The notes beneath the pieces were generated by a model that was not told the DNA's origin, ran no database searches, and saw only the letters and a program-made list of their open reading frames with translations. A program made the translations under genes and the position numbers. Shown here in pieces: positions 9,703-19,622 of a DNA stretch of 64,000 nucleotides. Position 1 is the stretch's first letter. Each line of letters opens with the position of its first letter. The DNA comes from Bacteroidota bacterium. GTDB taxonomy: Bacteria > Bacteroidota > Bacteroidia > Bacteroidales > Lentimicrobiaceae. The stretch lies in the NCBI GenBank assembly GCA_023434665.1, contig JAEYSM010000028.1, positions 25,142 to 89,141 of the forward strand, read 5' to 3'.

Positions 9703-12378
9703 ATGGAATTTCACCGTAAAAAACTTGTTTTCTTCTATATAATACTATGTTTCTTTGCCTGGAAACCTGTTTTTGCAACACATCAAAGAGCTGGTGAAAT
9801 TACATATCGTCATTTAAATGATCTTACATACGAGATAACTATAACCACCTATACATTCGCACCCAGTGCTGCTGACCGCTGCGAATTGACCATTAATTGG
9901 GGAGATGGGCAAAATAGTATTCTGGGTAGGACCAATGGCCCTGCAGGTATCACTCCGGCAGGAATACAGTGCAATCATGTAGGCGAAATGGTTGGACGAG
10001 ATATCCGTAAGAACGTCTATATTGGAGTACACACTTACCCATCAGCATCAACATACAGAATCTGGTTGGAAGACCCCAACAGGAATATGGGGATCCAGAA
10101 CATACCTAATTCAGTAGATGTGCCTTTGTATCTTGAATCAGTTTTGATTATTAATCCCTTTCTGGGAGATAACAATAGTCCTCAGCTTTTACTGCCCCCT
10201 ATCGATAATGCTTGTATAGGTGTTCCTTTTCTACATAATCCCGGGGCATTCGATCCGGATGGCGACAGTTTATCATACAAATTAGTCACTCCAAGAGGGG
10301 CCGGCGGTCTCAGTATTCTTGAATACAAACTTCCTAACCTTGTTGATACTGAGAATCCCGGACTTTTTACAATTAATGAAACCACGGGTGATATTGTGTG
10401 GACAAGTCCTACTATTCAGGGAGAATATAACTTCGCCCTCATCATTGAAGAGTGGCGAAACGGTGTGCGCATAGGTTATGTTACTCGTGATATGCAGGTA
10501 AATGTTATAGCCTGTAATAATGATCCACCAGAAATTTCGGTCACTGCAGATACTTGTGTTTTAGCAGGCACTACGCTTCAGATGCAGATATCTGCAACCG
10601 ATGTAAATGGCGATGAGATAACACTGACAGCGAGTGGAGGACCTCTGACATTACCCTCTAATGCAGCCTCATTTACAATTGATTCAGATATGCCAGGATT
10701 AACAACCGGCACTTTATTGTGGTCAGTCTCTTGTGCTCAGGTAAGAAATTCACCTTACCAGATTTTTTTCAGAGCGGAGGATGATGCTTCACCTGTTTCA
10801 TTGGTAGATCTTAAAACCCTGAATGTAAAAGTAATAGCTCCTCCAGTAAATAATGTTTCGGCTGAACCCTTAGGAAATACTATCAACCTCAACTGGAATG
10901 TTGCAATGTGTACTGAAGCAGTAGGATATAAAATCTACCGCCGGACAGGATCATCAACCTTTATACCAGGGCCATGCGTTACAGGAGTTCCCCCTGAAAC
11001 GGGTTATCAGCTTATTGAAACAACTCAGGGGATTTTTAATACAAACTTTATAGATGACAACAATGGAGAAGGTTTAGTAAGAGGTGTAACCTATTGCTAT
11101 CTGATTACCTATTGGTTTAATGATGGCGCGGAAAGTGTGGCATCTGAAGAGGTTTGCAGCGATTTGAAGAAAGATCTGCCGGTGATAACCAATGTAAGTG
11201 TTAATTCAACCTCTCAGGAAGACGGTGAAATCTATATAGCATGGTCAAAACCTACTGAGCTTGATACTATTCAAACACCAGGACCTTTCATTTATAAAAT
11301 ATACAGGTCAACGAACCTTACCGGTGATAATCCTATAGTTATTGCCGAATTTGATGATCTTAACGATACAACCTTTATTGATACGGGCATTAACACGCAG
11401 GAATTTGCATGGACTTATGAAATAGAGCTGATAAATAATACACCAGGTAATGTATTTTCAGTAGGCTTTTCAGTCCCTGCATCCTCAGTCTTTATTACTA
11501 CTGTTGCTTCTGACCGGCAGATCTCACTTACTTTCAACTATAATGTTCCCTGGTCGAATGAGGAGTTCATACTTTATCGTCAACAACAGGGAACAGATAT
11601 TTTTGACAGTTTGACTATGATTCGTGTAAATTCTTATGTCGACACGGGTTTAGTTAATGGAACTACCTATTGCTATTATGTAAGAACTGTTGGCACCTAT
11701 GGCACACCCGGCTATATTGATCCATTGATCAACTTTTCACAAATTAAATGTGAAACTCCGGTCGATAATATTCCTCCCTGTCCTCCTATGCTTACTGCTA
11801 CGATCAATTGTGAGGATCTTTCAATTCTTTTTGCCTGGGAGAACATTCAATTCACCTGCGCACCTGATATCGCAAATTATCAGGTTTACCAACAGGGAAA
11901 TCCACCACAGTTATTAGCTACGATTGACCCTTCTGAAACAACATGGTTATATTCACTGCCTAATCAATCAATATCTGCCTGTTACTTTGTGGTAGCTGCT
12001 GATACTAATGGAAATATTGACACTACAAATTACCTGGCATACTGTTTGGGAATTGATGATTGCCCAAGGTACAGGCTTCCTAATGTCTTTACTCCTAATT
12101 TTGACAATATCAATGATTTGTTCATACCTTTTCCGGGATATACTTCAGTTGAAAGGGTGGAGATGCAGATATTTAACCGTTGGGGTGTTTTAGTTTACGA
12201 AACGACTGATCCTGAGATAAGGTGGGATGGTAAAGACAAAAACACCAACAAGCTTTGTCCTGAAGGAGTTTATTTTTATAAATGCACTGTATATGAGATA
12301 GTGGGTTCACCTGAAACCCCTGAACAGCCAATAGTTCAGCAGAGAACATTATCCAATAGCATCCACTTATTATATTGA
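9703..12378 (+). CDS. Large secreted multi-domain protein with a T9SS type B (gliding-motility-associated, CHU_C-like) C-terminal sorting domain
   Basis: 891 aa. Signal peptide, then ATHQRAGEITY, a cadherin-like FDPDGDSLSY segment and FN3-like repeats. The C-terminus LPNVFTPNFDNINDLF..IFNRWG..VY..WDGK is typical of the sorting domain. Confidence 0.8.
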   Translation: MEFHRKKLVFFYIILCFFAWKPVFATHQRAGEITYRHLNDLTYEITITTYTFAPSAADRCELTINWGDGQNSILGRTNGPAGITPAGIQCNHVGEMVGRDIRKNVYIGVHTYPSASTYRIWLEDPNRNMGIQNIPNSVDVPLYLESVLIINPFLGDNNSPQLLLPPIDNACIGVPFLHNPGAFDPDGDSLSYKLVTPRGAGGLSILEYKLPNLVDTENPGLFTINETTGDIVWTSPTIQGEYNFALIIEEWRNGVRIGYVTRDMQVNVIACNNDPPEISVTADTCVLAGTTLQMQISATDVNGDEITLTASGGPLTLPSNAASFTIDSDMPGLTTGTLLWSVSCAQVRNSPYQIFFRAEDDASPVSLVDLKTLNVKVIAPPVNNVSAEPLGNTINLNWNVAMCTEAVGYKIYRRTGSSTFIPGPCVTGVPPETGYQLIETTQGIFNTNFIDDNNGEGLVRGVTYCYLITYWFNDGAESVASEEVCSDLKKDLPVITNVSVNSTSQEDGEIYIAWSKPTELDTIQTPGPFIYKIYRSTNLTGDNPIVIAEFDDLNDTTFIDTGINTQEFAWTYEIELINNTPGNVFSVGFSVPASSVFITTVASDRQISLTFNYNVPWSNEEFILYRQQQGTDIFDSLTMIRVNSYVDTGLVNGTTYCYYVRTVGTYGTPGYIDPLINFSQIKCETPVDNIPPCPPMLTATINCEDLSILFAWENIQFTCAPDIANYQVYQQGNPPQLLATIDPSETTWLYSLPNQSISACYFVVAADTNGNIDTTNYLAYCLGIDDCPRYRLPNVFTPNFDNINDLFIPFPGYTSVERVEMQIFNRWGVLVYETTDPEIRWDGKDKNTNKLCPEGVYFYKCTVYEIVGSPETPEQPIVQQRTLSNSIHLLY

Positions 12379-12421
12379 TTAAGCTTTTTTGATCAAGGAG
12401 TTTCCTTATTAACAAACAGAT

Positions 12422-12454
12422 AAAAATAAGTGACTGCTATTATAGCAGTCACTT
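12422..12454 (-). terminator. Terminator of gap (may also stop the convergent gene)
   Basis: Perfect 12-bp stem AAGTGACTGCTA/TAGCAGTCACTT, 3-nt loop, T-rich tract on the minus strand. Confidence 0.75.
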
Positions 12455-12479
12455 ATAAAATACTTAAAAGCCTAAATTA

Positions 12480-13487
<1,008 letters not shown>

Positions 13488-13521
13488 TTAATGTTATTTA
13501 AAATTCTACTTGTTACAGTTA

Positions 13522-13529
13522 CAAAATTA
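13522..13529 (-). promoter_or_regulatory. -7 box (TAATTTTG on the minus strand) for gap
   Basis: CAAAATTA on the plus strand, 38 nt upstream of the ATG at 13484. Confidence 0.5.
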
Positions 13530-13683
13530 GTTAGAAAATCAAATACATTAACAACTCGTGTATCTAATTGTTGAAACGTAACAGTTACATGCTCTATAAC
13601 AATTGACTTATATGAAAATCAGCGATTTTGTAGCACTACTGAATCAACCTTCTGAGATCATAATTTTCTAACTTCTTTTTTTC

Positions 13684-13691
13684 TATTTTTG
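13684..13691 (+). promoter_or_regulatory. -7 box TATTTTTG for lepA (candidate leaderless transcript)
   Basis: TAnnTTTG ends only 5 nt before the lepA ATG (TATTTTTGCATCGATG). Confidence 0.45.
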
Positions 13692-13696
13692 CATCG

Positions 13697-15484
13697 ATGA
13701 AAAACACCCGAAACTTTTGCATTATTGCCCATATAGACCATGGTAAGAGTACCCTGGCTGACCGTTTGCTTGAATATACCGGTACCTTGACCGAAAGACA
13801 ACAACAAGCACAGGTTCTTGATGATATGGACCTTGAACGCGAAAGGGGTATCACTATTAAAAGTCATGCCATACAAATGGATTATCATTTCGAAGGGCAG
13901 GATTATAAATTGAATTTAATTGATACTCCGGGGCATGTTGACTTTTCATATGAAGTCTCCCGCTCTATTGCTGCCTGCGAAGGTGCACTTTTAATTGTCG
14001 ATGCCACACAGGGAATACAAGCTCAAACAATTTCAAATCTGTATCTGGCTCTTGAACATGACCTTGAAATCATACCCATTATGAATAAAATGGATATGTA
14101 TAATGCTATGCCTGAAGAGGTTGAGGAGCAGATAGTAGATCTCATCGGTTGCGACACGGATGACATTATAAGAGCAAGTGGAAAAACCGGAATGGGAGTT
14201 AATGAAATCCTCGAAGCTATTATTAAGCGAATTCCACCTCCCACAGGAGATGCCGATGCACCACTGCAAGCACTGATCTTTGATTCTGTTTTTAACAGTT
14301 TTAGAGGGATTATAGCCTATTTCAGAGTCTTTAACGGCCAAATCCGAAAAGGAGATTTCGTTAAATTCTTTGCTACCGGCAAGGAGTATAATGCCGATGA
14401 AATTGGTGTACTTAAACTCGTTCAACAGCCTCGGGATGTATTGAGTGCAGGTGATGTTGGTTATATTATTTCGGGTATTAAAACATCACGCGAAGTAAAA
14501 GTTGGTGATACAATTACCCATGTTAAGCGTCCTTCAGAAAAAGCAATAGAAGGTTTTACGAATGTAAAGCCAATGGTTTATGCGGGTATTTATCCGGTTG
14601 ACGCAGATGATTATGAAGAACTCAGGTCATCAATGGAAAAATTGCAGCTAAATGATGCCTCCTTGGTATTTGAGCCTGAATCCTCAGCCGCTTTAGGATT
14701 TGGTTTCAGATGTGGTTTTCTGGGCCTGCTTCACATGGAAATTATTCAGGAAAGGCTCGACAGGGAATTTGATATGGATGTAATAACCACTGTCCCTAAC
14801 GTTTCTTATAAAGCATATACGACAAAAGGTGAAGTTATTGAAGTACATAATCCGTCAGGTTTACCTTCTCCTAATTATCTCGATTACATTGAAGAGCCTT
14901 ATATCACAGCTCAAATAATCTCGAAATCGGAGTATGTTGGTGCTGTAATGACATTATGCATAGAAAAGAGAGGTACTCTGATCAATCAGGTTTATCTTAC
15001 GAGCGACAGGGTTGAATTAAGTGTGGAACTGCCTTTAGGCGAAATAGTATTTGATTTCTATGATAAGTTAAAAAGTATCTCAAAGGGATATGCTTCTTTT
15101 GATTATCATGTGACCGGATATAAAATTGCAAAGTTGGTAAGGTTAGATATACTTTTAAACGGAGAGCCTGTGGATGCTCTTTCAACTTTAATACATTCTG
15201 ACAATGCTTATCGTTTTGGTGCAAAGATGTGTGCAAAACTCAAAGAGTTGATTCCACGGCAACAATTCGACATCGCAATTCAGGCAGCTATAGGTTCGAA
15301 GGTAATTGCACGTGAGACTGTTAAAGCAGTGCGAAAGGATGTTACAGCAAAATGTTATGGTGGTGACATAACCCGAAAAAGAAAGTTGCTTGAAAAACAA
15401 AAGAAAGGTAAGAAACGAATGAGGCAGGTAGGCAACGTTGAAGTGCCACAATCTGCATTCTTAGCCGTTCTTAAACTTGACTAA
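13697..15484 (+). CDS. lepA: Elongation factor 4 (LepA)
   Basis: 595 aa. [13 protein letters not shown]1 motif, DTPGH, LepA C-terminal domain. Confidence 0.97.
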   Translation: MKNTRNFCIIAHIDHGKSTLADRLLEYTGTLTERQQQAQVLDDMDLERERGITIKSHAIQMDYHFEGQDYKLNLIDTPGHVDFSYEVSRSIAACEGALLIVDATQGIQAQTISNLYLALEHDLEIIPIMNKMDMYNAMPEEVEEQIVDLIGCDTDDIIRASGKTGMGVNEILEAIIKRIPPPTGDADAPLQALIFDSVFNSFRGIIAYFRVFNGQIRKGDFVKFFATGKEYNADEIGVLKLVQQPRDVLSAGDVGYIISGIKTSREVKVGDTITHVKRPSEKAIEGFTNVKPMVYAGIYPVDADDYEELRSSMEKLQLNDASLVFEPESSAALGFGFRCGFLGLLHMEIIQERLDREFDMDVITTVPNVSYKAYTTKGEVIEVHNPSGLPSPNYLDYIEEPYITAQIISKSEYVGAVMTLCIEKRGTLINQVYLTSDRVELSVELPLGEIVFDFYDKLKSISKGYASFDYHVTGYKIAKLVRLDILLNGEPVDALSTLIHSDNAYRFGAKMCAKLKELIPRQQFDIAIQAAIGSKVIARETVKAVRKDVTAKCYGGDITRKRKLLEKQKKGKKRMRQVGNVEVPQSAFLAVLKLD

Positions 15485-15540
15485 TAGGTGGTATATCTTA
15501 GCTAAACAGTGGATATTAAATCATATTAATTTCATAGTAG

Positions 15541-16671
15541 CTATATCCCTATCATTTGGTGTTTAAGTCCGTAGATTATCACCTCGATAATATTTTTGGC
15601 CCCAATCTTAGTCATTAAATTTGCTCTGTGTTTTTCAACTGTGCGACTGCTAATAAAGAGTTTATCAGCAATTTCCTTAGTAGATAATCCTTTACAAACA
15701 AGATTTAATATCTCGAGTTCTCTTTCAGAAAATTCATTCTCTTCAATTCTCTTTTCTTCTAATGTATCCTGGTGGAATAAAGCCCTTAGTTTGTTGATTA
15801 ATTCTTCGGAAATATAAGTCCCTTTCCAACCAATCATGTCTATTGCCTTCTCAAATTCTCTGATATCATCAAGGCTTAATCCACTAAACACCTGGCCATC
15901 GTTGTGCTGATTCTGCACAGGGGAAAAAATTCCAAGTAATGTGGTTCTCCCTTTAACTTTAAACCCCTCTATCCCGTATACTTCAACATGTACCTGATTG
16001 CCAGCTTTATGTAATGCCTGAAAACTGATATGGATTTCCTTTTCCAATCCCTGAAGGCTTCGATTTATTTTATCCATAACAGAATTTTTGTTTTCTTCTG
16101 CTAATAAATCGCGAAAACCCATTTGCATAAGTTCTTCCCTTGAATATCCTAAAATATTGCACAAACTAGGATTTGTCTCAATAAATTTGTTTCCCTGGTA
16201 AATAAATATGCCGTAAGGAGAGATCATTGATAAAGCCCTGAATTTCTCTTCATTAGCCCTACGATGAGCTTCTGCTTTATTGAGCCTTGTTGCGATAGAG
16301 GTAAGTAATTCGTCGTATTCAAAGGGTTTAACGATATAGTCATCTGCGCCTAATTGCATACCAAATCTAATATCCTTAAGTTCCGACTTGGCTGTAAGAA
16401 ATACGAATGGTATCATAGCGGTGGCTGAACTTTCTTTTAAGACATTGAAAACATCGTAGCCACTAATTTCCTTCATCGATATATCGCATAATATCAAATC
16501 AGGAATAATTTCAAAAGCCTTTTGGATTCCAGCTGCACCATCAGGAGCATGACTCACTTCATATCCTTTTACCCTGAGTAAATTGATAATTGTCTGGGCT
16601 AATGCCCTATCATCCTCAATTAGCAGGATCTCAATCTGATTTTCTGTTTGTTTAGTCATTGGGTACAACAT
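15541..16671 (-). CDS. Response regulator: REC + PAS + LuxR-type HTH
   Basis: 376 aa. REC domain with DLILCDISM.EISG, a central PAS-like segment, and C-terminal LSERELEIL..GLSTKEIA..L.IS..TVE.HR. Confidence 0.85.
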   Translation of the reverse strand: MLYPMTKQTENQIEILLIEDDRALAQTIINLLRVKGYEVSHAPDGAAGIQKAFEIIPDLILCDISMKEISGYDVFNVLKESSATAMIPFVFLTAKSELKDIRFGMQLGADDYIVKPFEYDELLTSIATRLNKAEAHRRANEEKFRALSMISPYGIFIYQGNKFIETNPSLCNILGYSREELMQMGFRDLLAEENKNSVMDKINRSLQGLEKEIHISFQALHKAGNQVHVEVYGIEGFKVKGRTTLLGIFSPVQNQHNDGQVFSGLSLDDIREFEKAIDMIGWKGTYISEELINKLRALFHQDTLEEKRIEENEFSERELEILNLVCKGLSTKEIADKLFISSRTVEKHRANLMTKIGAKNIIEVIIYGLKHQMIGI

Positions 16672-16682
16672 ATATACATATA

Positions 16683-17768
16683 CTACTTAACTGGTAGATC
16701 TATTGTAAAGATACTACCATTTCCTCGCTCGCTTGTTATTGCAATACTTCCATTATGTAAGGTTAGGCACTCTCTTACAATCACCATACCTAGCCCTATT
16801 CCTTCATGCATTTCAGTCTCGGAATTTGCAAAAAAACTCCTGAGGGTACCAATTTGTTCTGTAGTCAATCCAATTCCCTGATCTTTTACTGTAAAACGAA
16901 TCTCATTCTCAGAAATCCTTAATGATTCAAATAGAACTTTACAATCTCTTTTTGAATAGCTCAAGGAGTTAGAAATTAAGTGTGTAAAAAGGTTAGTAAA
17001 TAGGTATTCATCTAATTCAACTTCACTAATTGAAGGATCATGAATGTATTTAAGCCTTTCAGGTATTACTTCAGCCTCGTTTATGGTTCTGACAAGACTG
17101 TTACATATTGACTGGAGGCAAACCGTTGAAGGTTTATATTCCAACCTTCCTTTATTAATGGAATCGATTACTGTTACTTTGTCGAGAACCTTTAAAAGTG
17201 ATTTCACTGCCATACGGCTAAGGGAAAAAGTGTCATGAATAGTCTCTTTATCCAGCTCTAATTCATGATGTTCCAATAATTGGAGGTTGGCATATATAAT
17301 CGACAAGGGGGTTCTGAAATCATGAGATACAGATGAAATGCATCTGGAATTTATTTCACTCAAAGTATTCTTATCAATTTTGCTCTTTTCCATGGGGCAT
17401 CCTAAAATACCGGTTGAAGTTTGCCTGATGATATACTGATAGAGCTGTTGTCCTTTAAAAATGAAAGGATATCCTGTAAGATTAATCTTATAATATGTCT
17501 GATTTACATATATCGTCTGGGCTTGCTTTTCAAAAGATCCCTCAATTTGACCTTTCTCTAACAACTCCAAAATGATAGGTTTAAAATATTCCGGAACGGG
17601 TTCTTCAAATCCCTCAAACGGTAAATTGGACTCAGATCCTGAAAAATTAAATGATAAACAATTACCTTTATTGTCCTTGGTAATTACATAATATATGGTA
17701 TTATCTTTCGGTGTGATAAGCAATTGCTTCTCCCGCTCAAGTGCAAGTAATTCTATGTCCGATGACAT
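16683..17768 (-). CDS. Cytoplasmic sensor histidine kinase
   Basis: 361 aa, no TM segment. H-box SHDFRTPL, then an HATPase_c domain (DQGIGL..GIGLG). The ~140-aa N-terminal domain is of unknown type. It ends 11 nt before the RR gene. Confidence 0.85.
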   Translation of the reverse strand: MSSDIELLALEREKQLLITPKDNTIYYVITKDNKGNCLSFNFSGSESNLPFEGFEEPVPEYFKPIILELLEKGQIEGSFEKQAQTIYVNQTYYKINLTGYPFIFKGQQLYQYIIRQTSTGILGCPMEKSKIDKNTLSEINSRCISSVSHDFRTPLSIIYANLQLLEHHELELDKETIHDTFSLSRMAVKSLLKVLDKVTVIDSINKGRLEYKPSTVCLQSICNSLVRTINEAEVIPERLKYIHDPSISEVELDEYLFTNLFTHLISNSLSYSKRDCKVLFESLRISENEIRFTVKDQGIGLTTEQIGTLRSFFANSETEMHEGIGLGMVIVRECLTLHNGSIAITSERGNGSIFTIDLPVK

Positions 17769-17800
17769 TAACTTTATACTTAATTATGATTGACTTACAC

Positions 17801-17808
17801 AAAAATAG
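17801..17808 (-). promoter_or_regulatory. -7 box (TATTTTTG on the minus strand) for the HK-RR operon
   Basis: CAAAAATA on the plus strand, 33 nt upstream of the ATG at 17768. Confidence 0.5.
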
Positions 17809-17873
17809 GAAATAAATCAGGTATTTTGTTTTTTAATATGGATAATAGTCTGGATTAGAAATTTTTCTTTACA

Positions 17874-17905
17874 AATTGTAACTTTTTCCCTTAAAAGATG
17901 TCTTA
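17874..17905 (+). promoter_or_regulatory. ECF-type promoter AATTGTAAC-N17-GTCTTA (probably autoregulated)
   Basis: The -35-like and -10-like elements end 20 nt before the sigma ATG. A near-identical copy lies at 19564..19596. Confidence 0.65.
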
Positions 17906-17925
17906 CAGCTAACTTAGATAACTAT

Positions 17926-18411
17926 ATGGATACAGCTGAGTACAACAAGTGTGTCTCTAATTACGCAGATAGTGTTTATCGCTTTATTTTAAAAAATATG
18001 GGCGACAGGGAAAAATCACGGGATATAGTGCAAGAATCTTTCTCGCGTATGTGGGAAAAATCGAGCGAGATACAATACGACAAGGCTAAGACATATTTAT
18101 TTACAACCGCCTACCATACAATGATTGATATGATTCGTAAGGATAAGCGAAATCTGGCCATAGAGGAAAAACATCTTAATAATCAGGTGACCTTTAATAA
18201 ATACAACGATCTGCAGGAAATTCTAAACAGGGCTTTAGATACACTTCCTGAAATTCAGAAAACAGTTATCACACTAAGAGATTATGAAGGTTATTCTTAT
18301 GAAGAAATTGGTCAGATTACAAGTCTTACCGAATCACAGGTTAAAGTATACATATACAGAGGGCGGCTTGCTTTGAAAAACTATATCGGGAGCATTGAGA
18401 AGGTTATATAA
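17926..18411 (+). CDS. ECF (group 4) RNA polymerase sigma-70 family factor
   Basis: 161 aa. Region 2 (DIVQESF..W) and region 4 HTH (YEGYSYEEIGQITSLTESQVKVYIYRGR). Confidence 0.9.
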   Translation: MDTAEYNKCVSNYADSVYRFILKNMGDREKSRDIVQESFSRMWEKSSEIQYDKAKTYLFTTAYHTMIDMIRKDKRNLAIEEKHLNNQVTFNKYNDLQEILNRALDTLPEIQKTVITLRDYEGYSYEEIGQITSLTESQVKVYIYRGRLALKNYIGSIEKVI

Positions 18412-18430
18412 TTTAAAGGAGGAAAAAATC

Positions 18431-19543
18431 ATGGAAATTAATTTGAGTAATTACGAGGAGTTTGTTATCGATTACCTGGATAATAAACTGGGGCCCTTAG
18501 AGACAGCTCAGTTTCTTCTTTTCCTTGAAGAACATCCTGAAATCAAGATTGAGATAGAAAATATTGAAGACTACACAATTCATGCTAACAATAACGAATC
18601 TTTAGGTTTCAGTGAGTCACTTATTCAGCCCAATGATACAGAAGCCGTTAAGCTGAATATTCAAAACTATTCTCATTATTTTGTAGCTGCAAATGAAGGA
18701 GACTTATCAGCAACAGGACTCGCCGCTATAGAGAATTTCTTATTGGATCATCCTGAGCTTAATAAAGAATATCGTCTTTATTCCGTCTGTAAACTGATCC
18801 CTGAAAAGAAAACTATCTTTCCACAAAAAGAAAGATTAAAAATAAAACCTAAATCTTTCTTTATCAGGAATTACTTTGCCACAGGAATAGCTGCAGGTCT
18901 GCTCTTGCTGGCAGCAGTCTATTTCAAACTTACTCCTGATAATGAGGATGCACTTTCAAAAGCACTGAATGTTTCTGTGCAGCAACAGGCCACGAATGAT
19001 AAAGCTCCCGTAGTACATGAAACAATCACTAAAACAAAACCGAAATCGGAAGTGGAGAAAAAAACGGTTGACACCGAAAATTCAAGTAATCAACCAAAGC
19101 ATAAAACAGAGAGTTCTAAAAAGAACACAGAAATAAAACCTTCTAATAATACCCCTGTAAGAAAAGTTAATACCAAACCAGTCATTCTCAACACTACTCC
19201 CATTATTGCTGAAAATAAAACGAGAAACTTCTATTCAGATCTATATGAAGACATTAAATTGTCACAGGAGTTAGCACTTGCAACTGAAGAAGACAATGAG
19301 GAATTAGCTGAAAGGGAAGCACCTCAACAAAAATTAGCTGGTGTTAAAACTGGAAGAATCCTGAGTTCAGTTATTCGTTCAGGCGAACAAATTGCGAACC
19401 AGGTACCTGAGGTGCTAAATGCTTGGCTTGTAGCCGATATCGGTATTAAAGGATTCAATTTCCTTACAAATAACAATTATACCATCGATAGAAGCTATAC
19501 TACAGGAGGATCAATTAAGCGCCTTGCTGTAGTAGAAAAATAA
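18431..19543 (+). CDS. Putative anti-sigma / ECF partner membrane protein (no zinc-binding motif)
   Basis: The ATG at 18431 (MEINLSNYEEF) is preferred over the track start at 18395. It has two tandem ~45-aa FL..HPE modules, one TM segment (FATGIAAGLLLLAAVYF) and a K/T/N-rich external region. Sits directly after the sigma gene. Confidence 0.55.
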   Translation: MEINLSNYEEFVIDYLDNKLGPLETAQFLLFLEEHPEIKIEIENIEDYTIHANNNESLGFSESLIQPNDTEAVKLNIQNYSHYFVAANEGDLSATGLAAIENFLLDHPELNKEYRLYSVCKLIPEKKTIFPQKERLKIKPKSFFIRNYFATGIAAGLLLLAAVYFKLTPDNEDALSKALNVSVQQQATNDKAPVVHETITKTKPKSEVEKKTVDTENSSNQPKHKTESSKKNTEIKPSNNTPVRKVNTKPVILNTTPIIAENKTRNFYSDLYEDIKLSQELALATEEDNEELAEREAPQQKLAGVKTGRILSSVIRSGEQIANQVPEVLNAWLVADIGIKGFNFLTNNNYTIDRSYTTGGSIKRLAVVEK

Positions 19544-19563
19544 AAATACTTTAAGTGATAAAT

Positions 19564-19596
19564 AATTGTAACAAATACAATAATAAGATCGTCTTA
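19564..19596 (+). promoter_or_regulatory. ECF-type promoter AATTGTAAC-N18-GTCTTA
   Basis: Second copy of the 17874 motif, ending 26 nt before the ATG at 19623. Confidence 0.65.
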
Positions 19597-19622
19597 AACG
19601 AAACTTTTAACACACTAACACC

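Noticed and set aside
14033-14425. 130-aa ORF antisense to lepA. Similar antisense or nested ORFs occur at 5505..5861, 8454..8768, 22112..22477, 22511..22846, 24941..25267, 28393..28773, 31138..31476, 31941..32300 and 63294..63665.
   Set aside because: Each lies completely inside a well-supported conserved gene. They are low-complexity or hydrophobic-looking translations expected by chance in AT-rich DNA, with no promoter boxes.
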